A stretch of DNA of 64,000 nucleotides from Spirochaetia bacterium (lineage in GTDB: Bacteria > Spirochaetota > Spirochaetia > UBA9216), in assembly GCA_965140585.1 (NCBI GenBank), contig OZ223268.1:1-64000 (forward strand), read 5' to 3'. This document shows positions 29,150-39,238 of this stretch, one piece after another; the stretch's first letter is position 1; every line of letters starts with the position of its first letter. Position numbers and translations under genes: made by a program. Under the pieces are notes generated by a model. That model did no database searches. It was given only the letters and a program-made list of their open reading frames with translations, and had not been told where the DNA came from.

Positions 29150-30607
29150 TGTATCTGCAGATATCGATGTTATAAAAATTATGCTCCTATTTTATGAAGA
29201 TTCAGACTCACGCTTCAGCCAGATATTCGACAGCTCCTGAGTCAGAAAAAACCGCCTTTCAGGCTAACTGAAAGCAAATCATCCAGAGAATCCTCAGACA
29301 TCTGAAGAAGGTCAGTTCTGATCTTCGGGGCTATTCCGGCATTGTTCACAAGAGAATGTATTTCACTAAAATCTTTTATCGCATCTTCAAGCATTCTGCT
29401 GCGATCTGCTTTTACCGAAATATCAGCCTTATAAATGAGGATTTTCTGCATATAAGACGGTTTTACAGAGTCATAGATTCTTACCGTCTCTTCCGCTGAC
29501 TTTAGATTTCGGGCGTAATTAACAGCAACCGAATGTCCTTTATAGGAATTAGCAATCTTCTGAGCTGCTCTTAAGGCTCCGACCTAACCGGAGTTTAGTG
29601 CTGATCCTCCCGGTCTTGAGACACCGTGTGTACTGTACACCTCGCCTACCGCGGAAAAGAGTCTGATATTTGTAGATTCCCACCAGATATCACCGGCAAG
29701 ACCGCCGTTATTATGCTGGGCACAGACCGCAATTTTCAGAGGGGCACTGTAAAGATCAATTGCCCTGGGATTCAGCTGCTCCAGTCTGCTGATTGGTGTA
29801 TCACCGCTTAGACCGGATTTGCTCCAGTAATCTTTTTCTTCCCCGTTAAGCACTTCTTCCGAGAACTCACCTATGTACTTGTCTCTAACAGGATAAAACC
29901 TGAAATCCGGATAAACATCTCTCTTATTGATCACGGATTCCCCCCGTAAACAAGGATATCTATCGGTGAAGAACCGTAATTCTCAATCTTATCCGGCTCA
30001 AATGGCCACTGGTAACCCTTCAGAAAGATTGCAGCTGCCATAACTTCCATGCTTGGGAAATGTTCGTTCAATAATGAAAAGGTCTCTCCGGTTTCAGGAG
30101 CAAAGATCATATTGCTGCATAGAAAGACTGAAAGTACATTCTTTCCTTCTGAAGGTCTGCTCCGATCAAGAATAACTGCACCGGCTATCCGGTCACCATA
30201 TTTGATTAATTTTATACATTCGTGCTTATTAAAGATTTGTATCTTCCGTAGTCATTATGAGGAAAAGGAACTCCGACACCTACAAGATGATAAAACGCAT
30301 TTATTAAACAAATTGATTCTACAAGGGCAATATCTCCATGCATTACACCTCTGCCGCTAATGGCTTCTGCCATTTTGTAAGGAGAATCAGGTTTCTTTGT
30401 AGAATCTGAAAGCTTATAGTATGTCTGCTTATCCGAGCCGGTATTCCTGGAAGTTCCGCCGAGTAAATCATCTGTCATAATCAGTAAATCATTAGTTCCT
30501 TCCCACTTTAATCTTACAGCTGAAGCAAATGCGGCACTACCGCTGCCGATTGCCAGAGTATGATTATATCTGCATTTTACTTCTATAATATAGATAAGGA
30601 ACAGCAA
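29150..30607 (-). pseudogene. Decayed FAD-binding oxidoreductase fused by deletion to an SDR remnant
   Basis: Fragments IGSGSAA...GTSRNTGSDKQTYYKL, CAQHNNGGLAGD...GE...HGVSRPGGSALNSG*VGALRAA, then in frame VAVNY...LVNNAGIAP; many stops, frameshifts and deletions. Confidence 0.8.
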
Positions 30608-30654
30608 AAGCTATATGAAATAATGCCGTTTGAAATAGTCCCCGGCAATACTGT

Positions 30655-32487
30655 TTAATAGCGGATATCCTCCAGTTCCGGAACAGTTATTGTAATCCTC
30701 TCATCATCGTTACCGCTGGTGAAAGTCCGTTCATTCAGATCGCTCACTGAATCGACCTCCCCATCCCAGAAATCATCAAGGAAGACATCGGGTGAATCAA
30801 AGCCGTTTTTGTACAGCTTTCTTACCCTGGAATTGCTTCCGGTTTTTATCGCGGTCGAGGCGTTATAGAAATTATTGTAGTACATGTAAAGATTACCGCC
30901 GTAGGCTGTATAGGCACAGATTGATGAGTCGGTATTAGTTCCGGCACTGATGTCATTGTATGCAATTTTACAGCTTCCGTTATTGATGAAATAGATTCCG
31001 TAAGACTGACTCTCTGAACCCGCTGCGGTTCCGCCGCTTATTAGAGCGTTGCCGTAAATATCGACATAGTTGCTTGTAACTGCGGCCTCGCTGCTGCTGT
31101 ATATGGCAAATGAGGTGGACCCTACTCCGAGGGCGGTGCCCCCGCTGATTTCTTCATTGGCATAAATAACAGGGCACGAGCCATCAGTAATCATAATGCC
31201 GTATGTTTTATAATTATCCTCATCATCTCCATCGGAAGTAATCTCCGCCGCCGAGGCTGATGATGTTCCGCCGAGGATTATGTTGTACTGGATTTTAGGT
31301 GAAGCATAGCTTTCAACTGACACTGCGGAGGCTTCTTTACGGCCGCTGCCGCCAATAATAGTATTATACTGAAGTATGGGACAGGCGCTGCTGCTTATAA
31401 TAATCGGGGCCGAACTGTTCCCTGAGTCGGATTTTACGATTGTCAGGCCTTCAATCACAACGTCTTCGCCGATTTCCTCGCCGTCAACTATGATACTGCC
31501 GGTGATTTCAATTTTTGTTCCGCTTTCACGGGATTCTGAATCCTTGTAATCATCATCTCGTATTATTGCATCGGCAAATCCTCCACAGAATTTCACACCC
31601 GCAGGTATTGTCAAATCACCTGTAAGAGTATATGTAGAACCCTTTTTAAGAGCGATTGATTTTCCGTTCGAATAAGCCGTATCAATTGCGGTCTGTACGG
31701 TAATTATATCATTTGGATTAACAAAGGAAAAAAGGCTGGCCACATCTGCTGTTATCTCTGTATTCTCCTTGATAGTAATTGTTGTATTTGCAGCTTCCTG
31801 ATTTCCGAATACAGGTTCAAAGTCTGCTGTATGGGAAGAGTCGAGATGCCATTCCACCAGTTCCGAGACATTTCCGACGTCACAGGTAAGCACAAAAATA
31901 CCGGTACTTGAAGTAAAAGTTTTAATTTCGCCGGTTGCGGTAATTTTATTATCGGTATCATCATCAACGATGATATCACAGGCAATGTTATCATCTCCGG
32001 TAACAGTAAGCTGAAGCTGCCCTTCACCGGAAAGACCAAGCAGATAATCGCGGCCTTCTGCCGTAACACTTAAGAGCTCTGAATAATATCCCAATGTCTC
32101 CGGAGAAAACTGAAGGACAAGATCTTCTTTTGATACACCGGCTTTAAGGGTATACGGGAATTCAGGCAGCCCTGAGCTTATACTGAAGGCACTGTCTTCA
32201 TCGACAAGAATGCTTTCAATCACGATATCTGATTCAGTTGTATTTTCAATAACAAAGGAAGCTTCTGTTGTTTCGCCGAGGATTATTTCACCAAAATCGA
32301 GCTCTCCGATGTAACCCTTAATGACACTTTCCGAAGTACCATCATCATAGCCTAAGAATGTAAGCCCAATCGATTCACCCGGGGCAAAAATTTCACATCC
32401 GTGAAGCAACAGGCTTAACATCAGAATACCGGACAAATAGGCTGATATTGATTTATAATTTCTTACTGTACTTTTTTTCACTTTCAT
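30655..32487 (-). CDS. Acidic lipoprotein with Ig-like (ASH/choice-of-anchor-D-like) domain and right-handed beta-helix
   Basis: Lipobox LLHGC; LDFGE...FVIEN...LQFSP Ig pattern; repeated P.I.YN.I.GG beta-helix coils. Confidence 0.7.
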   Translation of the reverse strand: MKVKKSTVRNYKSISAYLSGILMLSLLLHGCEIFAPGESIGLTFLGYDDGTSESVIKGYIGELDFGEIILGETTEASFVIENTTESDIVIESILVDEDSAFSISSGLPEFPYTLKAGVSKEDLVLQFSPETLGYYSELLSVTAEGRDYLLGLSGEGQLQLTVTGDDNIACDIIVDDDTDNKITATGEIKTFTSSTGIFVLTCDVGNVSELVEWHLDSSHTADFEPVFGNQEAANTTITIKENTEITADVASLFSFVNPNDIITVQTAIDTAYSNGKSIALKKGSTYTLTGDLTIPAGVKFCGGFADAIIRDDDYKDSESRESGTKIEITGSIIVDGEEIGEDVVIEGLTIVKSDSGNSSAPIIISSSACPILQYNTIIGGSGRKEASAVSVESYASPKIQYNIILGGTSSASAAEITSDGDDEDNYKTYGIMITDGSCPVIYANEEISGGTALGVGSTSFAIYSSSEAAVTSNYVDIYGNALISGGTAAGSESQSYGIYFINNGSCKIAYNDISAGTNTDSSICAYTAYGGNLYMYYNNFYNASTAIKTGSNSRVRKLYKNGFDSPDVFLDDFWDGEVDSVSDLNERTFTSGNDDERITITVPELEDIRY

Positions 32488-32489
32488 TT

Positions 32490-33149
32490 TTATTTTCTCC
32501 TTACTCCGCCTGAAACTCTTTTTCTTCCAAAAATGTTGAACAAGTAGTGCTGAACGAAAAACAGAAAAACCGGAATGATAATTCCCAGGACCTGCAGAGA
32601 TTCAGTTAATCCTGATAAATTGTAAATTGAATGAATTGTAGATGAAAGAATGAACATTCCCGCCAGCAGAGGCAGAGATAAAAATTCATAATCCATCATA
32701 ACCTGAATTGCATAGCCGACAAGGGCTGTCATTGACCCATGCAGAACACAGGCTGTCAGGCTCCTTGTTATGATAAAAAAAAGGCTGTCACTGATCCCGT
32801 TTGAAGTGGTGATTGTAAGATAGAGATAATTCTCAAGAATCGAAAAACCAATTCCCACAGCCATTGCATACCTGACTATATTATACCGGGAAGTACTTTT
32901 GTTCTTTCTCATAAAAATCAAAAGGGGTAAAAACTTGATAACTTCCTCCATGACGGGGATTATCTGACTCAGCAGTAAAGTTTCATCCGGAATGATATAG
33001 GTATCAATAAATATATTTATAAAATAAACCAGTATTGTAGAAGTAAGCCCCCAGGTGAAAAATACTATGAGCCTTCTATACTCTCCCTTAATTACCATGA
33101 TAAGAAAAAAAAGCGGAAGCAGTGTTCCAATGTACAGAGCTTCTATCAT
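32490..33149 (-). CDS. PrsW family intramembrane glutamic protease
   Basis: PVMEEVIK, GIGFSILEN, R...LH, HSIYN motifs. Confidence 0.85.
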   Translation of the reverse strand: MIEALYIGTLLPLFFLIMVIKGEYRRLIVFFTWGLTSTILVYFINIFIDTYIIPDETLLLSQIIPVMEEVIKFLPLLIFMRKNKSTSRYNIVRYAMAVGIGFSILENYLYLTITTSNGISDSLFFIITRSLTACVLHGSMTALVGYAIQVMMDYEFLSLPLLAGMFILSSTIHSIYNLSGLTESLQVLGIIIPVFLFFVQHYLFNIFGRKRVSGGVRRK

Positions 33150-33871
33150 ATTAATTTCTCCTCATTGAATACGAAAATACCGCAGGTAAAATATATTATT
33201 ACAAATGGCATCAGCATATAATTCAGCAGAGGCGGAAGGTAGGCGGATATTCCCGTGTTATCAAAAAAGCATGTCATATCTATTAAACCGGAGGCCGATA
33301 CCGTCCATGTATACCATGAGAAGTATTTTGCATTTTTTGCGGGAGAGATTGATACCGACATAGCCCTTGCAATTATAAAAACAAGAAGCAGAGCGAAGCC
33401 TGATGTAACCCAGCCTTCCTTGTTGTAAAAATGAAGTCCAGAAGGAACAGCCAGCAGCATATAGGGAAGCAGCCGCCTTGCTCCGGACTTTTGTTCCCGC
33501 TTCCAGATTCCTGTTTTTACAAAGTATCTGCTTAAGCCCGTTATAAGCAGATAATACAGGTAGATGCCAGGATCTCCGAAGGGAAGCCGGTATGCCGGAA
33601 ATCCTGTTATGTGCCGGAACATTCTGTCTGCCGTAAAACCGAGAAGTCTGCCGCTTAGAATAAATACCGGGATAAGAATGAAAGGGCCGTATTTAAATCT
33701 TTCAATATTTGATGCCGCAGCTATAACAGCCGGCACGGCGGCAAAAGAAAACAGAATCAGAACAGCGTATTCTACCGGAAGAGGACTCAGCTTCAAATAA
33801 TAATCGGTGATTAATCCAGCAAGGAGTACAGAATAGATTATTATCAGTACCGGCAGAGCTTTCTGCTTCAT
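33146..33871 (-). CDS. Hypothetical polytopic membrane protein (about 8 TM)
   Basis: Hydrophobic throughout; 4-nt overlap with the PrsW gene. Confidence 0.75.
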   Translation of the reverse strand: MKQKALPVLIIIYSVLLAGLITDYYLKLSPLPVEYAVLILFSFAAVPAVIAAASNIERFKYGPFILIPVFILSGRLLGFTADRMFRHITGFPAYRLPFGDPGIYLYYLLITGLSRYFVKTGIWKREQKSGARRLLPYMLLAVPSGLHFYNKEGWVTSGFALLLVFIIARAMSVSISPAKNAKYFSWYTWTVSASGLIDMTCFFDNTGISAYLPPLLNYMLMPFVIIYFTCGIFVFNEEKLI

Positions 33872-33887
33872 AGGCTTAAATACATTC

Positions 33888-35588
33888 CTAAAGTCTAATC
33901 ACGAATGCAGCGTTAACCTGAAAATCGATTCCGCTGCTGTCGGAAAGATCTCCGCTGTCATCTGTTTCGCGGCCGAGGTCGATATCCCATGGTCTTGTTT
34001 CACCTGTTATAACAGCATTCCCTATAGTTGAGAAATTCTGCATATCAATTACGAAGTTTAATTTTTCACCCATCGGAAGAATAACTCCGGCCTTTGTTCC
34101 AATCTCCCAGGTTAAATCTCCGGACGCATTTTTCTCTTCCCATACACTTCTGGTATCTGTGTTATATGCCCGGTATACTTCAACTGAATACAACGCCGAT
34201 ACAGAAGCATCAAAGAAGAACCTGAAATCTTTACCGGGATTAACCGTATATCTTGCAAGCAGGTCTGCGCTGTGGATATAGGTTTCGGAGGGGTAGAGAT
34301 CATTGTCCGCACTTAGACTGTCGTCTGCCGGATCTGTTCCAAGACTGAGTTCGGTATAGTGATTTGTGTTAAGACTGTTATATGCACTGACACCGGCCGC
34401 GGTATCCGCATTCTGTGAATATCGCTCTGCAAAAAGTGAATAGCCAAGCCCGATTCTAAACCTGGACTTTTTTTCCTGATTAATAAATTCCAGTGCCAGC
34501 ATAGCATCAAAACTGCTTAATCCGGCATCATAGATATACTCAGAATAGCTGTCATCTGTTTCAGATTCAGCAAGCTCATGTTCCAGGTAGTAATAATATG
34601 TGTAGTCAAGCGGTGTATAACCGGCTTCTGCAATAAAGGAAAACGTCTTTGATAATGGCATCACAATGGCTGCTTTTACATCAACATTATTGTTTACCGC
34701 ATATTCCTGATGTTCATAGGAGGACAGCTGATACAGTTCACTTGCCTCATTGTAGTACTCCGGCCCGCCGTCAGCTGCCGGGAGCAGGTAGTAATCCTCG
34801 AGGGTATAGATGGTATCAAGATACCCGTCAGCATCAGTATCGACAGCCTTGTATTCCCGGTTCAGATCATCATAGTACCCGCTGTAAAGAAGGCTGAAAT
34901 AGAGTCTGTTTTTTTCAAGCGGCATATTAAAACCAAGAGTACTGCTGTAGGTATGCATATACTCATCAGTGTTATCCTGCCCCGATAATAATTGTGTGTA
35001 TGCGAATGCCGGACTGTATGAGCTGTCAGTTACCCAGTTGTAAAACTTCGGATCATATGTAAGACCGTATCCGAATGACAGACCGCCCTCTCCGTCTTCT
35101 CTCGAGAGAAAGCCGAAGTAGATATCAGCCGAACCGCTGTAATTATTTTCATTATACTTATCGATTACATCTTCGGTAGAACTGTTGTAGTTAATGCTTT
35201 CAGTTTTTTCACCCCGGTGTTCTGAGTTGTAGGACAAATCCAATCCGAAAACTCCCGGTTTATCTTCATTCTTTTTAAGTATGGTGAAGTCAGCATATGG
35301 AAGAATTTCATAAGAACTGTATGTTTCAGTTCCGCCGTCTGCCCCTATCGAATCATCAGAACGTTCATCACCCGTTCCGGATAGATTAAAATCCGTATCA
35401 AGATTTCCAAGAATCATATCACTTGTAATTCCCATAAGAATTGATGGATTATCTATATAATCGAATTCCGGATATAAGGCCGACGTACTTTCACCCTGAA
35501 AAAGAAGATTTGTTTCATCTAAATCTTCACCGGCGACAGAAAAGACAGCAGCTCCGAAGATTAAAAACAAGAAGAATATTTTTTTCAT
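33888..35588 (-). CDS. Secreted Tyr/Asp-rich protein, putative outer-membrane beta-barrel
   Basis: Signal peptide MKKIFF...SVAG; alternating hydrophobic strands (GLSFGYG, FRIGLGYS, FFFDASVS); C-terminal FQVNAAFVIRL. Confidence 0.65.
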   Translation of the reverse strand: MKKIFFLFLIFGAAVFSVAGEDLDETNLLFQGESTSALYPEFDYIDNPSILMGITSDMILGNLDTDFNLSGTGDERSDDSIGADGGTETYSSYEILPYADFTILKKNEDKPGVFGLDLSYNSEHRGEKTESINYNSSTEDVIDKYNENNYSGSADIYFGFLSREDGEGGLSFGYGLTYDPKFYNWVTDSSYSPAFAYTQLLSGQDNTDEYMHTYSSTLGFNMPLEKNRLYFSLLYSGYYDDLNREYKAVDTDADGYLDTIYTLEDYYLLPAADGGPEYYNEASELYQLSSYEHQEYAVNNNVDVKAAIVMPLSKTFSFIAEAGYTPLDYTYYYYLEHELAESETDDSYSEYIYDAGLSSFDAMLALEFINQEKKSRFRIGLGYSLFAERYSQNADTAAGVSAYNSLNTNHYTELSLGTDPADDSLSADNDLYPSETYIHSADLLARYTVNPGKDFRFFFDASVSALYSVEVYRAYNTDTRSVWEEKNASGDLTWEIGTKAGVILPMGEKLNFVIDMQNFSTIGNAVITGETRPWDIDLGRETDDSGDLSDSSGIDFQVNAAFVIRL

Positions 35589-35600
35589 ATACAATTTCCT

Positions 35601-36929
35601 TTATTTAAATCTGTGATTATTTTTCATATCAACTAATTTTACGTCTTCTTCAGATGAATTGATTCTGGCAGATATTCCTTTAAGCATCCTGCTTCCCGCT
35701 TCTTCATCATCAACTTCATAGTCGTAGTATTTATAAACGTACTTGGTTTCAATTTCATAATACACATCGTTAATATACTCTTCCGAATACCTGATGGATG
35801 TCCGGTCATACAGCAGTGTTCCTCCTTCCGTATAACGGCATTCTTCAAGCAGATTCGAATCATCATCATAACTGTAGCTTGTATATTCGGTGACAGAGCC
35901 GTAGAGACTGCGAGTTTCCTTTGTGATGTTGCCGAGAGAATCGTACTCGATATTAAGAACAGTATACTTGGAACCGATCTCATCTATATCGATATCATAG
36001 GTAAAGGGATCCGTATCGCCGGTATTGAGATCATCAAATGACAGATTGTCGTAAGTTCCGCTTGAGATCTGCGGAACGCTGTCCACTGATTCTCCGTCAG
36101 CGAGAAGATCATAAAGATAATCAGCCTGTTCATATACGTTACCGTCTTCATTACGTTGGTAGCGGGTCAGGTAGTAAAACTGGTCATCAGCTTCAACAAA
36201 GGGGTTGTAGGATGAGTGGTAGAGCTCATACAGATATTCCCAGGATTCATCATCATACCAGCATGCATATTCCTCCGTAAGAAAAAGATCATAATCGCCG
36301 TTGTCGGGGGCTTCAGCCGCGAAGTATTTTTCAGTACGGTAATACAAATAATCATAGTCATCTTCCAGATAGGTTACTTCCTGCCGGGCAATTATTTCAT
36401 CACCTGAGCCGGTGACTTTATAATCTATAATCTCTGTATATTCACTGTAATTTATCGTATCAGAGTCTGTTCCTTCAGAATTAATGTTTGTGTAAGCAAC
36501 TGTGTAATATAATCCGAGTTCGCCGTCATCGGAGGTATCTGAGGGCGCACGTGTTTCAGCACCGCTTAGCAGGTAGTCATATACAGTCTCTCCGTCATAG
36601 AGGTAAAAATCTTTCACATAGCTGTAAATATAAAACTCGACAAGAGTCTCTTCACCTTCTGTTACGCTGTATACATCAGTTTGTGTATTAAGATAAACCC
36701 CGTCGGAATCTTTATATGTGTACCTGTAAACCGCACTCAAAATTCCGTTTTCATCATAGACTCTCGTTTCAACCGGTTCCAGATCGTACTGTTCGGGATC
36801 AACATATTTGCTGAATGTAACTTCTTTCGAATAATAATCAATTGTTCCTTCTGATCCACTGTCCAGATCGCAGGAGACAAGGATTATCAGTATAATTGTA
36901 ATAATTAGATAAATGTATTTACTTTTCAT
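35601..36929 (-). CDS. Acidic lipoprotein with YD/RHS-like repeats
   Basis: Lipobox LVSC; YDENG, YDSLGN, YSYDDDSN motifs; ATGA overlap with the upstream gene. Confidence 0.7.
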   Translation of the reverse strand: MKSKYIYLIITIILIILVSCDLDSGSEGTIDYYSKEVTFSKYVDPEQYDLEPVETRVYDENGILSAVYRYTYKDSDGVYLNTQTDVYSVTEGEETLVEFYIYSYVKDFYLYDGETVYDYLLSGAETRAPSDTSDDGELGLYYTVAYTNINSEGTDSDTINYSEYTEIIDYKVTGSGDEIIARQEVTYLEDDYDYLYYRTEKYFAAEAPDNGDYDLFLTEEYACWYDDESWEYLYELYHSSYNPFVEADDQFYYLTRYQRNEDGNVYEQADYLYDLLADGESVDSVPQISSGTYDNLSFDDLNTGDTDPFTYDIDIDEIGSKYTVLNIEYDSLGNITKETRSLYGSVTEYTSYSYDDDSNLLEECRYTEGGTLLYDRTSIRYSEEYINDVYYEIETKYVYKYYDYEVDDEEAGSRMLKGISARINSSEEDVKLVDMKNNHRFK

Positions 36930-38446
36930 ATTTCCAGACTTCCATCCCAGTTCCAGAAGGGCCACTTATCATCCCAGATATCTATAGGGATAGTGAGTAT
37001 CTTGAGTCCAACTTCGGCATATGCCCCCGCTTCGGCATAGGCTGCAATAATCCAGTCATCGAAGTTGCCGTAAAATCCGTCATCGGTGTTATAGCCCATT
37101 ATACCAAGCGGCTCGACATATCCGCCTACAGTCAGGTAGATTCCTCCGCCGCCTTCCAGTTCGACAAGATCGATACCAAGCAGTCCGAGGCTTCCGCCAA
37201 TGTACAGACCGGCCTTTGTTGTGACTTCTGCGGCAATTGTAGGCCGGAAGGCAAAGTTCATATAATTATTATCAAATGCAGGTTTAAGCTTGTATGGAAT
37301 ATAGGCCATGGATAGTTTGCACTCTCCGCCGAGTGTCATTCTGGAGTATTCTGAAACCTCAGCTGTCAGCGAGACGTTCCCGTCCACACTAATTTTTGCA
37401 GAAATCCCAACGGAAATTTTTATTGTCGTATTCGGATCAAGGAATATAACCTCAAGCAGAGGAACCGAAAGCTCGGATGCAAGCGAGGCAGTTCCTATCA
37501 GTTTGAAGTCAAACTCCTGGGCTATGGTTGCAATACATTTAACTGATCCGCTTTTAAAATGGAATTCAGGATGATAAACAATCCACCAGTCATGAACCCA
37601 TGACACCGTACAGCTGGGCTTATTAAGTCCACCTTCAACTCTCAGCTGCTTAAGGTTCAAAGTTCCTTTCAGCTTGATTTCACCCGAAGCGCTTATTTCA
37701 AGTTCAGTCTCAGAAAACTCATTATCGTCATCTTTATCGTCATCTTTATCATCATCTTTATCGTCATCTTTATCATTGCTGTCGGAGTTCTGGTTGTTCT
37801 CTTTTTTCTTCCCCTCTTTAGCAATCTTCTTAAGCCCTTCAATGATCTCTTTTTTAACTTCCTTTTTCCAGAGAGTTATATCAACATTAAATGAACGCAG
37901 GGTATCAAGATCATCAACCTCAGGATCTGTGTCGTACCATAGAACCGATCTTAAATCTGCAGTTGTCTGTTTAAAAGACGAAGAAAGCTTATCAGCCTCA
38001 GCAGCATTCTTAGGAAGAAGAGTGACTCCCTTTGAAAGCGATGCTCTGCCGAGGCTGTCCTCAGTACAGCTTATATCAAACTCGGGAATAGATACTCCGT
38101 TGAACACCTCTTCGGGTCTGGGAGCAGTGGTTTCTATTACCGTTTTGCCATTGTATTCATATATGTCGACTACCTTTCTGGCTTCATTATCTGCTGTAAT
38201 AAAAATGGAGCCGATTTCCAAATCATCAGGAGTTGAAGACCTTTTCGGAGTATTGGCTGATCTGGAAAATAGAGTTCCGATAGGTCTCAGATCTATTATA
38301 CCGTCAGTAAATATTGCGTTGATGCCGGACATCGGGACATCGGCAGATACAGAAAAAGCTGTGAAAAACAGAAACATAATGAAGGAAACCAAGCCCTTCT
38401 TCATTAAACCGTAATTATTACTATACATTTTAACATCCTGATTCAT
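36926..38446 (-). CDS. Secreted beta-rich hypothetical protein with a DKDD tandem repeat
   Basis: Signal peptide ending SVSA; long beta-strand-rich C-terminal half; start could instead be 38404. Confidence 0.75.
   Translation of the reverse strand: MNQDVKMYSNNYGLMKKGLVSFIMFLFFTAFSVSADVPMSGINAIFTDGIIDLRPIGTLFSRSANTPKRSSTPDDLEIGSIFITADNEARKVVDIYEYNGKTVIETTAPRPEEVFNGVSIPEFDISCTEDSLGRASLSKGVTLLPKNAAEADKLSSSFKQTTADLRSVLWYDTDPEVDDLDTLRSFNVDITLWKKEVKKEIIEGLKKIAKEGKKKENNQNSDSNDKDDDKDDDKDDDKDDDNEFSETELEISASGEIKLKGTLNLKQLRVEGGLNKPSCTVSWVHDWWIVYHPEFHFKSGSVKCIATIAQEFDFKLIGTASLASELSVPLLEVIFLDPNTTIKISVGISAKISVDGNVSLTAEVSEYSRMTLGGECKLSMAYIPYKLKPAFDNNYMNFAFRPTIAAEVTTKAGLYIGGSLGLLGIDLVELEGGGGIYLTVGGYVEPLGIMGYNTDDGFYGNFDDWIIAAYAEAGAYAEVGLKILTIPIDIWDDKWPFWNWDGSLEI
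37722..37775. repeat. 12-bp coding tandem repeat, about 4.5 copies (DKDD)n
   Basis: TTATC(G/A)TCATCT units. Confidence 0.9.
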
Positions 38447-38447
38447 C

Positions 38448-38906
38448 CTAATAATCTTTCATAAAAACACTTTCATCATCATGCTGCTCAACCACACCGC
38501 GAAGTTCACCATCCTCGTCATACCCGAAGTATGTATTCATTTCAGTTCCGTCCGATGCACTTCTGCTGATTTGGATAAGCTTGTCATTATCATCATAGAC
38601 TTCTTCGGTATACCAGGTAACGGCGGTTTCAGAACCACCTGTCGGAGTAGATACTGTCCTGGCCAGGTAGCCTGCCTCATCATATTCGTAGGTGACTGTT
38701 TTACTTATTTTCTGATTAGAATCATAGCTGAGCGTTTTTAACAGTGTCTTTCCGTCGGAACTGTATTCATATTCGTTGAGAACATCATTTGTATCCTGAT
38801 CGATTATGACAAAACTTTTGCTCTCCTCTTCATCAGCAAAGAGCCCGCAGCCCCATACTGATAAGACAGCTGCAGCTAATAGAGCTGCTGGTATCACATT
38901 TTTCAT
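38448..38906 (-). CDS. Small acidic lipoprotein with YD-like repeats
   Basis: Lipobox VWGC; YEYSSDG, YEYDEAG, YDDND, YDEDGEL. Confidence 0.8.
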   Translation of the reverse strand: MKNVIPAALLAAAVLSVWGCGLFADEEESKSFVIIDQDTNDVLNEYEYSSDGKTLLKTLSYDSNQKISKTVTYEYDEAGYLARTVSTPTGGSETAVTWYTEEVYDDNDKLIQISRSASDGTEMNTYFGYDEDGELRGVVEQHDDESVFMKDY

Positions 38907-38920
38907 ATTTTCTCCTCCGG

Positions 38921-39088
38921 CTACCTTCTTATATGCTGAGAAGGCGGTCTTCTTGCGGCATCCAGGAAATTCATATCATCAAAAACCGGAAAATGGAAAA
39001 ACTGACCAATAACAAACCCTAACAGCAGAAAAACAATCGGAAAGATTATTGCTCCGGCTTTTAAACTTTTCTTTTTCTTTTTAGCCAT
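38921..39088 (-). CDS. 55-aa single-TM small protein, first gene of the envelope operon
   Basis: MAKKKKKSLKAGAIIFPIVFLLLGFVIGQFFHFPVFDDMNFLDAARRPPSQHIRR*; AGGAG RBS; too short for the ORF track. Confidence 0.75.
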   Translation of the reverse strand: MAKKKKKSLKAGAIIFPIVFLLLGFVIGQFFHFPVFDDMNFLDAARRPPSQHIRR

Positions 39089-39238
39089 AGTTTTGCTCCT
39101 GAAACTGTTGAATTTTGTATTTACAGTTATTTTTATATACCCGGTTCACAAGTAATTCGTCCGGCTGTATCCAGTGAGACTTTTTTTTTAATTAATGACA
39201 ATTTTTTTTATAATCATTACAATGAATAAGTGAAATAA

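Noticed and set aside
37722-37775. Possible CRISPR-like repeat
   Set aside because: Contiguous 12-bp units with no spacers, inside a CDS; no cas genes in the window
37674-38414. 246-aa + strand ORF with SSSL repeats
   Set aside because: Antisense shadow of the 36926-38446 gene; the Ser repeats are the reverse complement of the DKDD repeat
35601-38906. RHS polymorphic toxin locus
   Set aside because: YD-like repeats are few, the proteins are short lipoproteins, and no RHS core (PxxxxDPxG), toxin tip or immunity gene is seen
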